Source: an uncultured Puniceicoccaceae bacterium
GTDB lineage: Bacteria > Verrucomicrobiota > Verrucomicrobiia > Opitutales > Oceanipulchritudinaceae
Direction: 5' to 3'
Assembly (NCBI GenBank): GCA_963933835.1
Contig: CAWVVV010000001.1
Location: forward strand, 32,001-96,000
DNA: 64,000 nt
A program made the position numbers and the translations under genes. The notes below the pieces were generated by a model, which worked only from the letters and a program-made list of their open reading frames with translations, made no database searches and had not been told where the DNA came from. Within the stretch, counting starts at the first letter, position 1. Every line of letters begins with the position of its first letter. Positions 21,236 to 29,981 of the stretch are shown here, one piece after another.

Positions 21236-21715
21236 ATGCGGCGCGCTTTATACCCAGGAACTTTTGATCCCGTCACGAATGGTCACTTAGACATTCTTAA
21301 GCGTGCATGCCGGCTTTTCGACGAAGTTGTCGTCGCCGTCGCACCAAATGAAACGAAAGGGCCTGTTTTTTCGACTGCGGAACGCGTCGGATTCATCAGG
21401 GAGAACATTGGTGACCTGCCCGCTCGGGTGGTATCATTCAATGGTCTGCTCGTCGATTTCGCTAAAGAGATGGAGGCGATCGCTCTCATTCGAGGCCTCC
21501 GTGCGGTGTCTGACTTTGAATTTGAGTTTCAGTTGACGCAGATGAATCGGGAATTGGACAACAAAGTGGAAACGATCTTTCTCATGCCGAGTGCACCCTA
21601 TTTCTTCACCAGTTCCTCACTGATGAAGCAGGTCTCTCGTTACGACCCAGAGCGGATCAAGAAATATGTGCCGGCCAATGTGCTGAAGGCGCTCTCTGCC
21701 ACATCGATTAAATAG
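21236..21715 (+). CDS. coaD: Phosphopantetheine adenylyltransferase
   Basis: [27 protein letters not shown]. Confidence 0.97.
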   Translation: MRRALYPGTFDPVTNGHLDILKRACRLFDEVVVAVAPNETKGPVFSTAERVGFIRENIGDLPARVVSFNGLLVDFAKEMEAIALIRGLRAVSDFEFEFQLTQMNRELDNKVETIFLMPSAPYFFTSSSLMKQVSRYDPERIKKYVPANVLKALSATSIK

Positions 21716-21724
21716 GCTACTGCG

Positions 21725-23053
21725 ATGTCTTCCTCCCCTGCCCTAGAGCCGGCTACGCGCCGATCCCTTGGACAAGTCTTCTTGGTCGTCTTTCTAGACC
21801 TGGTTGGTTTCTCCATTATTTTTCCCCTCTTCCCGGGCATGCTCGATTGGTATCTGGGGCAAGAAGGACAAAACAGCCTCATCGGCGAACTCGTCCGGGC
21901 GCTCGATGCACTGACTCCGGGGGAAGAGCCCAACCGCTTCCTCACAACGGTGCTCTTTGGCGGTATTCTGGGTTCAATCTACAGCCTTCTCCAGTTTGTC
22001 TTTTCGCCGATTTGGGGCAGGCTTTCGGATAAGCACGGGCGACGCTCAATCCTCATGCTCACTGTCGGAGGAACGGCGATCAGCTATCTACTCTGGATCT
22101 TTAGTGGGAGCTTTATTCTGCTCCTTTTCGCCCGCGCCCTCGGTGGCGTCATGGCGGGCAATATAGCCGTCGCGACGGCAGCGGTCGCCGATGTGACAAA
22201 GCCATCGGAACGCTCCCGCGGGATGGGTTTGATCGGCATGGCCTTTGGGCTTGGATTCATCATTGGGCCCGCGATCGGAGGCACCGCCTCGTTTCTCAAC
22301 TTGCTCGACTGGCTGCCATCAGGCGAGAGCTGGGGGCTGCATCCCTTTTCATTACCCGCTCTACTCGCATTTCTCCTCGCGCTGGTGAATTGGGTCTGGA
22401 TCGCCCGTAGCTTCAAAGAGACACGCGAAGCCAGCGCGCGGACGGCCACCCCCCAACGCAAGCGCTTCGCCTTTTTCGGAATCAAAATCGCGAGCATTCG
22501 TCAGGCGATCAATGTCTACCTCGTCCTCCTTGTGGCCTTTGCTGCGATGGAGTTCACCCTAACTTTTCTGGCCGTCGAGCGCTTTGCTTACAGCCCACGG
22601 CAGCTCACCCTTGTCTTTGTTTTCGTCGGGCTCGTCCTTGCCTTCACCCAAGGCTGGTTCGTTCGTCGCTATGCCGGAAAAATCGGCGAAACGCGCTGTA
22701 TCATCCTTGGACTTGTCCTCGCGAGTTGCGGACTTGTCGCGCTCGGGTTTGCGGGCAACACGGTTCTTTTCTACTTCGGCCTCGCACTGCTTGGCGCGGG
22801 GATCGGTATCACCAGCCCGACCCTCACAGCCTTAGTCTCGCTCTATAGCGATGACGACAGTCAGGGGGCTAACCTCGGAGCCTTCCGCTCGGCAGGTTCA
22901 CTCGCCCGCGCAATCGGCCCCTTTCTCGGCGCTCTCCTCTTTTGGTCGCTTGGATCGCTGACGGCCTATTTGATCGGGGCCGCCGCTGTCGGTCTTGCTG
23001 TCCTTCTGGCTTTGAAATTACCAAAGCCCACCGAAGCGCAAAGCAAAGACTAG
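21725..23053 (+). CDS. MFS transporter (TetA/DHA1-like)
   Basis: VFLDLVGFSII, GRLSDKHGRR motif A, GFIIGPAIGG; about 12 TM helices. Confidence 0.9.
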   Translation: MSSSPALEPATRRSLGQVFLVVFLDLVGFSIIFPLFPGMLDWYLGQEGQNSLIGELVRALDALTPGEEPNRFLTTVLFGGILGSIYSLLQFVFSPIWGRLSDKHGRRSILMLTVGGTAISYLLWIFSGSFILLLFARALGGVMAGNIAVATAAVADVTKPSERSRGMGLIGMAFGLGFIIGPAIGGTASFLNLLDWLPSGESWGLHPFSLPALLAFLLALVNWVWIARSFKETREASARTATPQRKRFAFFGIKIASIRQAINVYLVLLVAFAAMEFTLTFLAVERFAYSPRQLTLVFVFVGLVLAFTQGWFVRRYAGKIGETRCIILGLVLASCGLVALGFAGNTVLFYFGLALLGAGIGITSPTLTALVSLYSDDDSQGANLGAFRSAGSLARAIGPFLGALLFWSLGSLTAYLIGAAAVGLAVLLALKLPKPTEAQSKD

Positions 23054-23065
23054 CGCTTTTCCAGA

Positions 23066-23095
23066 AATCCGGTCCTACTTATGTGGGGCCGGATT
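23066..23095 (+). terminator. Hairpin downstream of the MFS gene
   Basis: AATCCGGTCCTAC-TTAT-GTGGGGCCGGATT, 13-bp stem with G-U pairs. Confidence 0.5.
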
Positions 23096-23227
23096 CCCTT
23101 ATTTACCCTGTAAAATATATGCGAATTGCCGCCTAGAAACTGAAGTTACCTCCCTCGGGTCGATGTATTGCAGCGTCGGCAAGAATGCTGGCTAAAGTAA
23201 AAATCCATTAACCAGAAAGGTAATATC

Positions 23228-24268
23228 ATGGCGAATATCGCATTATCATCGGGCATCCGATCAAGTCTCAGCTCCCTCCAAGGAACTGCACATCAACTGA
23301 GTTTGACTCAAAGCCGCCTCTCAACAGGCCGCAAAGTAAACTCTGCGATCGACAACCCAACTAACTTTTTCGCGGCAGCCAATTTGAATGACCGTGCGGA
23401 CAAGCTCTCCACTCGTCTCGACGGGTTGGGCCAAGCCGTTAGCACGCTGAATGCTGCCGACAATGCACTGACTTCGATGCGTAGTCTCGTTTCCGCACTC
23501 AAAGGTGTCGTTGACGAAGCGCTCGCTACCTCTGACAGCGCTGACCGTGGATCTCTCGGAGAGCAGTTCAACGAGCTCCTCGTTCAACTCAACGACTTCA
23601 GTAAAGACGCTGACTATAAAGGTGTAAACCTTCTCCAGTCCGGCCAGTCTGACGTCCTCACTGGTGGTAACGAATCCCTCGTGGTTCAGTTTGGTGAAGA
23701 TTACAACGACTCAACCCTCGACATCCAAGTGGTCAACATCACTGGTGCGACCACCATCTCGACCAACGCTGCAGGTGAAATCCCTGATCCTTCAGCCGTT
23801 TTAGGCGCAGGGGGCACACGGTTCGCAGTCAGCTACAACGAAGAAGGCGTTAGCAGCACAGATGCTGCAGTGATCGGTATCCGTTCTGCTGAAATCACGA
23901 CTGGAACTGAAACCGCGGCGATCGGCTTAGCTGGCACAGGAGCTGGCAGCCATCAAATCGCATGGGCTGACGACTTAACTTATCAAGCTAACCTCGCGGC
24001 GGTTGTTTCTAGCCTCGAAGCCTTTGATTCGTCGTTGATCAACACCGCCAAAGCGCTCTCGCAGAACGTTAACATCGTTTCTATCCGTCAGGACTTCACG
24101 AACAACCTCATCAACACACTTGAGGAAGGCGCGGACAAGTTAACCCTTGCTGACTTAAACGAAGAAGGGGCGAACCTCCTAGCTTTGCAAACAACGCAGA
24201 GCTTGGGAATTCAGTCCCTCTCTCTCGCGTCTCAAACAAACCAGGCCGTTCTCGGCCTCCTTGGTTAA
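23228..24268 (+). CDS. Flagellin of the atypical clade lacking the INTN start
   Basis: TQSRLSTGRKVNSAIDNPTNFF, DADYKGVNLL, RQDFTNNLINTLEEGADKLTLADLNEEGANLLALQ...QAVLGLL; RBS GAAAGG. Confidence 0.92.
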   Translation: MANIALSSGIRSSLSSLQGTAHQLSLTQSRLSTGRKVNSAIDNPTNFFAAANLNDRADKLSTRLDGLGQAVSTLNAADNALTSMRSLVSALKGVVDEALATSDSADRGSLGEQFNELLVQLNDFSKDADYKGVNLLQSGQSDVLTGGNESLVVQFGEDYNDSTLDIQVVNITGATTISTNAAGEIPDPSAVLGAGGTRFAVSYNEEGVSSTDAAVIGIRSAEITTGTETAAIGLAGTGAGSHQIAWADDLTYQANLAAVVSSLEAFDSSLINTAKALSQNVNIVSIRQDFTNNLINTLEEGADKLTLADLNEEGANLLALQTTQSLGIQSLSLASQTNQAVLGLLG

Positions 24269-24329
24269 TCGTCCTAGGCCACGACAAACACTGGGGAATC
24301 TCCCCAGATTGACGCTCGTGATCAATTTC

Positions 24330-24360
24330 AGGGAGTCGGCATTCGCCGGCTCCCTTTTTT
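24330..24360 (+). terminator. Rho-independent terminator after the flagellin gene
   Basis: GGGAGTCGGC-ATTC-GCCGGCTCCC followed by TTTTTT. Confidence 0.88.
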
Positions 24361-24371
24361 GTGCCCTCAGC

Positions 24372-24398
24372 TCAAGTTTAAAGGTTTTTAACCGACTT
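24372..24398 (+). promoter_or_regulatory. Putative sigma28 (FliA) promoter
   Basis: TCAA-N15-ACCGACTT versus consensus TAAA-N15-GCCGATAA; lies between the terminator and ATG 24425. Confidence 0.45.
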
Positions 24399-24424
24399 CT
24401 CTCTATAATCCAGCTCACAGAGCT

Positions 24425-25963
24425 ATGAGTTTCGTCTCACCCAGCCAAATATCAGAGTTTATCGACCCACGTGCCTTTTCTGTCAAAAGGACGACGGCCC
24501 GTGGCTTGTCTGAAATCGAGACGACTCAGAAACCCATCGCTACGTCCGATGCTAACAGCAGCCTCTCACTCCTTCTCGGAGCCCAGCAGCGGATGGATCA
24601 ACTACGGACTAACCTCCAAGGCCTACTCGACCTTTCGCTCGAAGGTGCGCGCGGTAGTCTAAGAGATGCTGAATACGACGAAGTCTACGGCAAGTTGCGC
24701 AGTTTGACGGCTGGCTACGATCAAGTCCTCGACGCCTCGACCTTCAATGGTGAGCCCCTCTTCGACGGGCGCGCTTGGGAGATTAACAACGGCGCCCAGC
24801 GAAGCTCGGTCGAAATTCCCAGTCTGTATCTCGAAGACGAAGAGACCGCTTTTAATCTCATCGACCGGAGCGAGGGCGCTAAGGTCGCAGTGAGCTACGA
24901 TCCCGCTACCCTCATCCGAAATTCATTTTCTGGCCTCGCCGGCCTCGACATCAGTGACTCGATCGGCATCGCCCGAACTGACGGCCTTCCCGAGCTCGAA
25001 GACGGCAAGTATCGACTCGAAATCGAATACAATGGCCCTGACTCGAGCCTCATCCTTTCCGATCAATTTGGAGGTAAATTAGAAACCCTCACGGGCGTCG
25101 ACCTCACGGGCACAGGACTTGAAACGGTTGAGTTTGCCTCAGGCATCCGCATCGAAATCGACAAGATTCAAGGCTCCCAAAACTTTGACAAGTGGGACTA
25201 CGCAAACGATGGCCCCGTTTCACTCTTCGCCGACCTCAACTACGAACGCGTCTCCTGGCACAATCTGGTCGGCGATGATCGAAATCCAGAGACCACCGCC
25301 GAGGCTGAGTGGTCATATAAAAGCCCACGTAAGTATAGCGCGCCGGCCGTCAACTTTCTCGAGATCGAAAACAATGGCGTTTCCGCCCTCACGGGTGAGC
25401 TCGCTGAAGGCAATTACAAGCTGACGGTTAAATACAAGGGAGCTGACTCGATCGTTGAAGTGCGCGATGCCTTTGGCCGCATGAAACAGCGTATCGATGG
25501 CCTCGATCTCAGCGCAGATGGCAAGCACTCGATCGATACCGGCCTCGGCGTGCGATTCACTTTCGAAAACATAGGATACGGCACAACCACCACCACGGTT
25601 AACGCCAACTTCGACTACACCCCTGCCCCCTCCCAAGACGAACGAGACTTTGATTTCCTCGCCTTTGGTGAACGTGTCGTAGGGGCGATCGAACTGCTCG
25701 ATGAGCAACTCTTTACGGTCGATGACCAGATCGCCTCCGTCCAACAGATCGTCCAGCTACAACGCGGACAATCCGGCGGCGCGAACAGCGGTGCAATCTC
25801 CCTCCTCAGTGCTGCAGGCGGAAATTCAGGCCTCTTAGGGCTACTCTCTGGAAGTGCCGTTCAGTCTCGCCTCACAGTCTCCGGCGCACAGCTATTCGCC
25901 AATATCAATGGAGCAACCTCTGCCCAAGGCGGCACCCAAACAGTGCTGAGCTATCTGGCTTAG
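24425..25963 (+). CDS. Divergent flagellin-like protein with an internally duplicated domain
   Basis: D1-like LQGLLDLSLEGARGSL...YDQVLDASTFNGEPLFDG; C-terminus TQTVLSYLA; two 59-aa internal repeats. Confidence 0.72.
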   Translation: MSFVSPSQISEFIDPRAFSVKRTTARGLSEIETTQKPIATSDANSSLSLLLGAQQRMDQLRTNLQGLLDLSLEGARGSLRDAEYDEVYGKLRSLTAGYDQVLDASTFNGEPLFDGRAWEINNGAQRSSVEIPSLYLEDEETAFNLIDRSEGAKVAVSYDPATLIRNSFSGLAGLDISDSIGIARTDGLPELEDGKYRLEIEYNGPDSSLILSDQFGGKLETLTGVDLTGTGLETVEFASGIRIEIDKIQGSQNFDKWDYANDGPVSLFADLNYERVSWHNLVGDDRNPETTAEAEWSYKSPRKYSAPAVNFLEIENNGVSALTGELAEGNYKLTVKYKGADSIVEVRDAFGRMKQRIDGLDLSADGKHSIDTGLGVRFTFENIGYGTTTTTVNANFDYTPAPSQDERDFDFLAFGERVVGAIELLDEQLFTVDDQIASVQQIVQLQRGQSGGANSGAISLLSAAGGNSGLLGLLSGSAVQSRLTVSGAQLFANINGATSAQGGTQTVLSYLA

Positions 25964-26034
25964 TTCCTCTGTCAAAGAAGGGACGACAGACATTCTAGTC
26001 TTCCCTTTATGCAGCGCCTCTTTTCAATGGGCAA

Positions 26035-27231
26035 ATGCGCGTTCCTCTTCTTGAGCTAACCACCCAAAATGGTGCCCTCGCCGACCAACTAAAAACTACC
26101 GCTGCCGCAGTGATAGATTCGGGTCGCTATATCATGGGCCCAGAAATTGATGCCTTTGAGGTTGAAGTCGCCCGTTACTCGGGTGCTGCCCACGGGGTTT
26201 CCGTTTCTTCAGGAACCGATGCCATTTTACTCGCCTTGATGGCCCTTGAAATAGGCCCGGGCGATGAGGTTATCATTCCAAGCTTCACCTTCTTTGCCAC
26301 CGCTGGCTGTGTCAGCCGAACCGGTGCTACACCTGTCTTTGCTGACTGCTGCAAACGCTGCTTCAACCTGCGTGCGAGCGATATCGAACCCCTCATCACG
26401 GAGAAGACAAAGGCGATCATCCCCGTCCACCTCTTCGGTCAATGTTCGCCTCTCGACGAAGTCCTCGCACTTGCCAAGAAGCATTCCTTGCACGTCGTCG
26501 AAGACACCGCTCAGGCGATCGGTGCCCGCATCGGAGAGCGTCAAGCTGGCAGCATGGGAACAGCGAGCGCCTTCAGTTTCTTCCCTTCCAAGAATCTAGG
26601 AGGCTTCGGCGATAGCGGTATCGTCCTCACCCAAGATGCCGACCTCGCAGAGCGCATGCGCATCCTCCGCAATCACGGCTCTGCGCCGAAATACTACCAC
26701 TCGCACATCGGTGGAAATTTCCGCATGGATCCACTTCAAGCGGCCCTCCTTCGGCTCAAGTTACCGCAGCTCGATGGCTACCTCGCTGCCCGACGTGCGA
26801 ATGCCGCACACTATCGCGCGGGCCTCGCCGGTGTCGACGGTGTCGACGGTGTCGAAACGGCAGCCCAGTCTAGCGGATGTACAAGTGGCTGCCTATCCGA
26901 GCAATCCTCAGCGCGACTCATCCTCCCGGTAGAACTCGAAGGGCATTTCCACACCTACAACCAATTCACCCTTCGCCTTCCTGGGAAGGGCCGTCGGGAT
27001 GCCCTCCGCACTTACCTCAACGAAGCTGAGATCGGAGCTGAAATCTACTACCCCCTTCCTCTCCACAAGCAGGCCTGTTTTGCAAATTTACCGACGGCCG
27101 CCCAACCGCTTCCAAACTGTGAGCAGCTCGCTGAAGAAGTGGTCAGCATTCCAATCTATCCGGAACTCGAAGAGGCCCAAGTTGCCTTTGTGATCGAGAA
27201 GATCAAAAGCTTCCTCGAATCGGAAAATTAA
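26035..27231 (+). CDS. DegT/DnrJ/EryC1/StrS family sugar aminotransferase (WbpE-like)
   Basis: SSGTDAI, IIPVHLFGQ, EDTAQAIGA, SFFPSKNLGGFGD, GGNFRMDPLQAA. Confidence 0.93.
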   Translation: MRVPLLELTTQNGALADQLKTTAAAVIDSGRYIMGPEIDAFEVEVARYSGAAHGVSVSSGTDAILLALMALEIGPGDEVIIPSFTFFATAGCVSRTGATPVFADCCKRCFNLRASDIEPLITEKTKAIIPVHLFGQCSPLDEVLALAKKHSLHVVEDTAQAIGARIGERQAGSMGTASAFSFFPSKNLGGFGDSGIVLTQDADLAERMRILRNHGSAPKYYHSHIGGNFRMDPLQAALLRLKLPQLDGYLAARRANAAHYRAGLAGVDGVDGVETAAQSSGCTSGCLSEQSSARLILPVELEGHFHTYNQFTLRLPGKGRRDALRTYLNEAEIGAEIYYPLPLHKQACFANLPTAAQPLPNCEQLAEEVVSIPIYPELEEAQVAFVIEKIKSFLESEN

Positions 27232-27349
27232 TTCAAAGGCTCTCGAATAGACGCGAAATACGAATTTCAATTGTAGCACCATGGGGGCTAGAACTATACC
27301 CACAATCAGACACCTAAGCTACTAAGTTAGGTCTTCACCCGACGACTGC

Positions 27350-28042
27350 ATGACGATCCACTCTTTCCCATCTTACACACACACGACTTCGCCCTTTGCC
27401 GCCGAAGGTCTGCCTTCAGACCTGAGCGAAAAAAAGGTCGGAATTATCGGCCTCGGCACCGCCGGGCTACCTCTTCTCATCGAGTTTGCTCGAAAAGGAC
27501 ATCGCGTCGTCGGTTTCGATCTCGACGAGGACAGGGTCAAGAGCGTGAACGAGGGGGAAAGTTATCTCGAGCACATCAGTGCGAACGATCTCAGCTCACT
27601 CCTCGAGCATCGCAGAATCGAAGCTACAGCCTCTTTCAAGCGTATCACTGAAGTCGATGCAGCCATCATCTGTGTCCCGAATCCGCTCAATGCCAACGGC
27701 GAACCTGACTTATCCTACGTCCTCAAGGCAGCCGAAGCGATCGCTCCACATATGCAGAAAGGCGTCCTCATCGCTCTCGAGTCGACGATCTATCCAAGCA
27801 CGACTGACGGGGAGCTGAAAGCAGCCCTTGAAGAGGGATCGGATATGCGCGCGGGGATAGACTTCCATCTCGCCTTTTCAACCGAGCGTAAAGACCCCGA
27901 AAACCCTGCTAGTCATTTCGGCATCGTTCAAAAACACATCGGCGGACTCACTCCCAGATGCCTCGAGCTCGCCGTCGGCTACTACAGTCGGGTCCACGAA
28001 GTCATTAAGCACACAGCAAAGAGCCCAACCGAAGACAATTGA
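27350..28042 (+). pseudogene. Truncated UDP-N-acetylhexosamine dehydrogenase (WbpA/WecC-like); NAD-binding domain only
   Basis: IIGLGTAGLP, ICVPNP, LESTIYP, FSTERKDP are degenerate versions of family motifs; ends at 230 aa without the catalytic-Cys and UDP-binding domains. Confidence 0.75.
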
Positions 28043-28172
28043 GCTGAGCTTAATTGTCAGTTCGGGCCATACAATCACGGCTCGTATCCAGAAAACGACG
28101 ACACTGCTTATAGCGCTCGCAATCAGTTTCGTGCTCTAATCCGAGAACAATCAAGATTTCGTCGCAAGGGAA

Positions 28173-28658
28173 CTACTCGCTCGTAAAACTATAATTGGTG
28201 ACGAACTTCACCGTCCGATTTCCGAGATCGATATGTAAATCAAGCCGCCCATTTCTACTTCCTGAGTCGAAGGGCGTGAAGCGGCAATAGAGCCGTCGCT
28301 GGGCGTCTGGGAAGGTCTCCGAGTCACACCAGCCTGTCAGCTCGCCGCCCTGTGCAAAGACAGCTTCGCCGGTCTCGTCGAGGGGCAGGAAGAGTTCACC
28401 TGACTCGTTTTTGGATTTACGAAGAGGCACGCGAATTTCATAGCGCCCCTTCAGGATGGGAGTGCCATCCACTTCCAATAGCGCTAGATCACTGACTGCA
28501 AGCGTCACTTCAGCGATGAAAACGCGTGTTCGAGCCTCTTCTACAACCAGTTTTGAAGACGACGTTACTTGCGCAAAAAGGCTGAGCGGAAGGACGATCC
28601 AGAGTGGAATCAAATAGCGCACAGCACCCAAACAACTAGCGACCGTGCAACAACGCAT
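28173..28658 (-). CDS. Hypothetical exported protein
   Basis: Signal-like LIPLWIVLPLSLFAQ followed by beta-rich sequence; start uncertain. Confidence 0.6.
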   Translation of the reverse strand: MRCCTVASCLGAVRYLIPLWIVLPLSLFAQVTSSSKLVVEEARTRVFIAEVTLAVSDLALLEVDGTPILKGRYEIRVPLRKSKNESGELFLPLDETGEAVFAQGGELTGWCDSETFPDAQRRLYCRFTPFDSGSRNGRLDLHIDLGNRTVKFVTNYSFTSE

Positions 28659-28895
28659 CTACGCTGTCGTCAGAGCCGTCGCCATGTCTTGATCAAAGAC
28701 CAAGTGGACCTCTTCAGCCAAAGGCTGCGCTTCATCACCATAGTGTTTTGCAATCGCAGCGGAGAGATTAACCTCAAAATCAACGAAGCTATCTGCGCAT
28801 GTCGTAATGCTTGCATTCAAACACCGAGCGGAAACTCCGCCTGCACCGTCATTAAACACTTCAAACACTAATTTTGGGTCTACTGAAGGAAACAT
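28659..28895 (-). CDS. Small HicB-like protein
   Basis: LVFEVFNDGAGGVSARCLNASITTCADSF...AIAKHY resembles the HicB-like pattern FxVExxxEGGYxAxxxxxSIxTxADxLxEL...AVxxHF. Confidence 0.5.
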   Translation of the reverse strand: MFPSVDPKLVFEVFNDGAGGVSARCLNASITTCADSFVDFEVNLSAAIAKHYGDEAQPLAEEVHLVFDQDMATALTTA

Positions 28896-29028
28896 AGATG
28901 GATAGGTGAGGGTTCGCTAAAAAGCTTAGGATCATTCACACTTCGCCAAAATAGGCGAGGTTAAACCGTAACCATTCCTTAACCTTAGGTGCAGATAAAG
29001 CACCTGGTGCCCCACCAAGAAAAGCAAT

Positions 29029-29844
29029 CTACTTGGATTCTTCGGGCTGTTCTTCAGGGACCTCTGCCTCACCCTGAGTGAGTTCCGCCGGTGGCTCTTC
29101 CTCAACCGGAGCGGCTTCTTCGACCGCCCGATCATCGGCAAGTCCGAGCTCGGCATTGCCTACAACCGGCTCCTGATTCGTCGCTTGTAGGATCCATTCA
29201 CTCAATTGCTGAGGCGAAAGCACGTCGCTAGCTGGGAGCTCTTCAATCGACCTAAGTCCAGAGAACTCCAAGAAGCCGTCGGTAGTTCCAAACTGTAAGG
29301 GGCGGCCTGGCAGCTCAGCACGGCCCATCACAGCAACGAGCTGGCGCTCGACCAAGCGATTTAAAGCACTGTCGCTCGAGACACCTCTAATCGCCTCGAT
29401 CTCGGCCCGTGTCACAGGTTGACGATAGGCGACAATCGCAAGGGTCTCCATCTGCGCTGGACTGAAGCGCTGCGGCCGTGGCTCATCGCGCAACAAACGC
29501 ACCCAGTCCGCGAGGTCGGGAGCAACAATTAGGCGATAGCCCAGAGCTCCCTCTTGCAGGCGGTAAGGCGCACGCTCCTCGACGAGTTCACTCGCGATTT
29601 CGATCATCGCTTCGCGTACCTGCGTCGACGTGAGCAACGTGGGCACCTGGTCGAGAAGGTCGGACATCACGCCCTGCCCTTCTTCGTCGGCCGCGGCGTT
29701 TTCGCCTGATTCGGCAACCAGTTCCGCACGTTCCTCGTCCGCCTGATGGTGATAGCGGGTAATAACAGCCTGTACGTCTTTAATCGAGAGCGGCTCGTTC
29801 GTCGCAAAGAGGAGGGCTTTTAGAATGCGCTGGAGATCAAACAT
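29029..29844 (-). CDS. scpB: SMC-Scp complex subunit ScpB
   Basis: ILKALLFATNEPL, ETLAIVAYRQPVTRAEIEAIRGV, GRAELPGRP; acidic tail. Confidence 0.95.
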   Translation of the reverse strand: MFDLQRILKALLFATNEPLSIKDVQAVITRYHHQADEERAELVAESGENAAADEEGQGVMSDLLDQVPTLLTSTQVREAMIEIASELVEERAPYRLQEGALGYRLIVAPDLADWVRLLRDEPRPQRFSPAQMETLAIVAYRQPVTRAEIEAIRGVSSDSALNRLVERQLVAVMGRAELPGRPLQFGTTDGFLEFSGLRSIEELPASDVLSPQQLSEWILQATNQEPVVGNAELGLADDRAVEEAAPVEEEPPAELTQGEAEVPEEQPEESK

Positions 29845-29981
29845 GCAGAAGAACGAAAGAAAGCGAGATCGTGGGGAAGGAGAAGAAAATTCGCTGAATA
29901 AGGGTAGGCAAAGAAGACTTTCTGCCCGAAACGAGCTTTTCCCTTTCATTTCAGGCGGTGAACGGTTTTTCTCCTCACCTT

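Noticed and set aside
21725..23053. Tetracycline resistance gene
   Set aside because: Only generic DHA1/TetA-like MFS motifs, in a housekeeping context with coaD and no tetR; substrate cannot be assigned
27322..27348. Third sigma28-like promoter (CTAA-N15-GACGACTG)
   Set aside because: Weak match and too close to ATG 27350 to leave room for a transcript start
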